DNA of 28,626 nucleotides, from IMG/VR virus record IMGVR_UViG_3300027782_000285, positions 1 to 28,626 of that record, one strand, 5' to 3'. The translations under genes were made by a program, and so were the position numbers. The notes under the pieces are model-generated. The model did no database searches. It was given only the letters and a program-made list of their open reading frames with translations, and was not told the DNA's origin. The stretch comes from a virus (lineage: Duplodnaviria; Caudoviricetes). How positions within the stretch are numbered: the first letter of the stretch is position 1; every line of letters begins with the position of its first letter. This document shows, in pieces, positions 26,770 through 28,626 of the stretch.

Positions 26770-27532
26770 ACTGTTATTCAACTGTGCATTTTGCCATCAT
26801 GCAAAGAAGAAACTCTCGGTAAATATATCAAATAATAAGTGGAAGTGCTGGACATGCGGTAGTAAAGGTGGTCATATCATCTGGTTATTAAAAAAACTGA
26901 ATATTTCAAAAGAACTTATTAATCAGTTTAAAGAAGTATTGGGTGATGAAGATATCAAAATCTACAAATCTACGACGGCAGATATTAAGTTATATCTTCC
27001 ACACGAATATCAACCACTATGGAAAACACAGAAAAGTTATGCATATTTAAATGCAATTTCGTATTTGAAGCATAGAGGAATTCGGTCGGATGATATATTG
27101 CGATATCGTATGGGATACTGTGAAACTGGTCCCTATGCAGGCCGTATCATTGTTCCATCTTACGATCACACCAATCAATTAAATTATTTTACTGCACGAT
27201 CTTTTTACGATGGTGGGATGAAATATAAGAATCCTCCCGTCACAAAGAATATTGTGTGTTTTGAAAATATGGTAAATTGGAAGGATCAAATAATTTTATG
27301 CGAGGGCATGTTTGATGCTATATCTCTTAGGAGAAATGCTATACCGTTACTTGGCAAAACGATCCCGAAGAATTTGGAAAAAGCATTGTTACAAAACAAA
27401 GTAAAAAATGTAATTATTTTTTTGGATGAAGATGCGCAATCTGACGCTATGAAATTGGAACAATATCTTAAACAGTATGAGATACATGTCAGTGTCGTTT
27501 TAACGAAGGGTAAAGATGCATCTGACATTGGA
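26705..27532 (+). CDS. Phage DnaG-type DNA primase (CHC2 Zn finger plus TOPRIM), C-terminus replaced at the junction
   Basis: CAFCHH...[39 protein letters not shown] and KDASDIG motifs. Confidence 0.9.
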
Positions 27533-28456
27533 GCGCTCATCGATTTAGTTGAAGCCCGTGAACATAAATTCCCGGGAAGCTATCGCTGTAGAGCCAATGC
27601 GGGCCTAGATACTGCGCTGTGGGATCTGCGTGGTCGAGTAGAGGGAAAGCCAGTAGTCGAACTTTTGGGCGGCGTACCTAAAAAACTACGCACTTATGCC
27701 TCCTCAATGAAGCGTGACATTACCCCTGCCCAAGAGGCAGAAAGATTTGTACGGCTGCGCGATCAGTTTGGATTTGATGCATTTAAATGGCGCGTTGGCG
27801 CTGAATGCGGAAATGATATTGATGAATGGCCTGGTCGCACCGAAGAAGTTGTACCCGTGGTTTCCCGAGCATTAGGTGATGGCATATCAAAGTTAGTTGA
27901 TGGTAATAGCGGTTTTTCACCTAAGCGCGCAATAGAAGTTGGGGCTTTACTTGAGGCAGAAGGAATTTCACATTTCGAAGAACCGTGTAAATATTGGGAA
28001 CTTTCAGAGACTAAAGAAGTGACCGATGCACTTTCTATTGATGTAACTGGTGGAGAACAAGACTGGGATTTATCTACGTGGCAACGCATGATTGATATGC
28101 GAGCAGTTGATATTTTGCAACCAGACATTATGTATTTAGGTGGCCTCTGGAGAACGCTTAAAGTTGTAGAAATGGCTAAAAAAGCAAATATGCAGATAAC
28201 ACCACACAGTGCCAATCTTTCGCTGGTAACAATTTGTACCATGCACTTATTGGGTGCGATTTCAAACCCTGGTAAGTATCTTGAATTTTCAATCGAGGGT
28301 GATGATTACTACCCTTGGCAAAAAGATTTGTTTTTAGGTAATCCATTTGCCATAGAAGATGGAAAGATTGAGATTCCATCAGCACCTGGTTGGGGAGTTG
28401 AAATTAATCCATCGTGGCTTGAAAAAGCTAAGTACCAAGTTTCAAGGCTTTCATAA
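27515..28456 (+). CDS. Mandelate racemase/muconate lactonizing enzyme family protein, N-terminally truncated and fused in frame to the primase
   Basis: [12 protein letters not shown]...[41 protein letters not shown] and [10 protein letters not shown] motifs; visibly higher G+C than the phage part. Confidence 0.9.
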   Translation, partial: DASDIGALIDLVEAREHKFPGSYRCRANAGLDTALWDLRGRVEGKPVVELLGGVPKKLRTYASSMKRDITPAQEAERFVRLRDQFGFDAFKWRVGAECGNDIDEWPGRTEEVVPVVSRALGDGISKLVDGNSGFSPKRAIEVGALLEAEGISHFEEPCKYWELSETKEVTDALSIDVTGGEQDWDLSTWQRMIDMRAVDILQPDIMYLGGLWRTLKVVEMAKKANMQITPHSANLSLVTICTMHLLGAISNPGKYLEFSIEGDDYYPWQKDLFLGNPFAIEDGKIEIPSAPGWGVEINPSWLEKAKYQVSRLS

Positions 28457-28477
28457 AATCCCAATAAAAATCCTAAT

Positions 28478-28514
28478 AAAAAAGAGAGCGTGAATAAATC
28501 ACGCTCTCTTTTTT
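28478..28514. terminator. Bidirectional rho-independent terminator
   Basis: AAAAAAGAGAGCGTGA-ATAAA-TCACGCTCTCTTTTTT, a perfect 16-bp stem between convergent genes. Confidence 0.9.
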
Positions 28515-28527
28515 AACGTAAAACTAA

Positions 28528-28626
28528 TTAAGCAACTGCCTTCTTAAGCTTTGTTCCAGCGCTTACCTTTACACCAGTGCGAGCAGGGATCTGCAAAACT
28601 GCACCAGTTTGTGGGTTACGGCCGGA
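28528..28626 (-). CDS. hup: HU family DNA-binding protein, 3' end only
   Basis: Minus strand reads SGRNPQTGAVLQIPARTGVKVSAGTKLKKAVA-stop, containing the GRNPxTG HU/IHF signature. Confidence 0.92.
   Translation of the reverse strand, partial: SGRNPQTGAVLQIPARTGVKVSAGTKLKKAVA

Noticed and set aside
25939-26793. Group I intron or intein in the primase
   Set aside because: Under 60 nt of non-coding sequence leaves no room for a ribozyme core, the primase frame is closed by a stop at 25955-25957, no intein termini are seen, and a complete second N-terminus makes splicing unnecessary.
1-27532. Genome-wide stop-codon reassignment as in some large phages
   Set aside because: Genes are full length and tightly packed in the standard code; TAG ends genes at 6384 and 10746, and TGA at 5217, 9388 and 10357.
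564-28385. Minus-strand and short nested ORFs in the track (e.g. 564-980, 2547-2948, 7428-7721, 21113-21538, 24780-25181, 27763-28242)
   Set aside because: They are shadows of well-supported plus-strand genes and have no motifs; only the HU fragment is a credible minus-strand gene.
26702-28456. A genuine 584-aa primase-racemase fusion enzyme
   Set aside because: Both halves appear truncated, composition shifts at the junction and bacterial chromosomal context follows; a chimera is more parsimonious until reads show otherwise.

Overview
Bases 1 to about 27,530 are an AT-rich, all plus-strand segment of a large tailed phage with a T4-like (contractile-type) baseplate. In order it carries: the 3' part of a tmRNA; accessory genes (Zn-ribbon protein, UVR-motif protein, HNH, HD hydrolase, Hsp20, membrane protein, UvsE UV endonuclease, GT2 glycosyltransferase, lysozyme-like enzyme); a gp55-like sigma factor; a baseplate/tail operon (gp5-, gp25-, gp6-, gp7/gpI-like and tail-collar-like proteins plus Cys-rich, PT-linker proteins); two endonucleases; and a DnaG-type primase. 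The most interesting signal is not in the ORF track: an orphaned 27-codon primase 5' end (25856-25938) sits at a sigma70 promoter, followed by a Zn-ribbon endonuclease and a second, diverged primase 5' end. This suggests an intron-less mobile endonuclease that invaded the primase zinc finger and supplied a replacement N-terminus. A structured locus after hsp20 holds a Cys-rich 21-aa ORF and an 11-nt match to the 16S anti-SD with no start codon. At about 27,515-27,532 the primase switches in frame into a bacterial mandelate racemase-family gene, followed by a terminator and a HU gene end; this is most likely a chimeric join. All family calls come from motif recognition by eye, not database searches.
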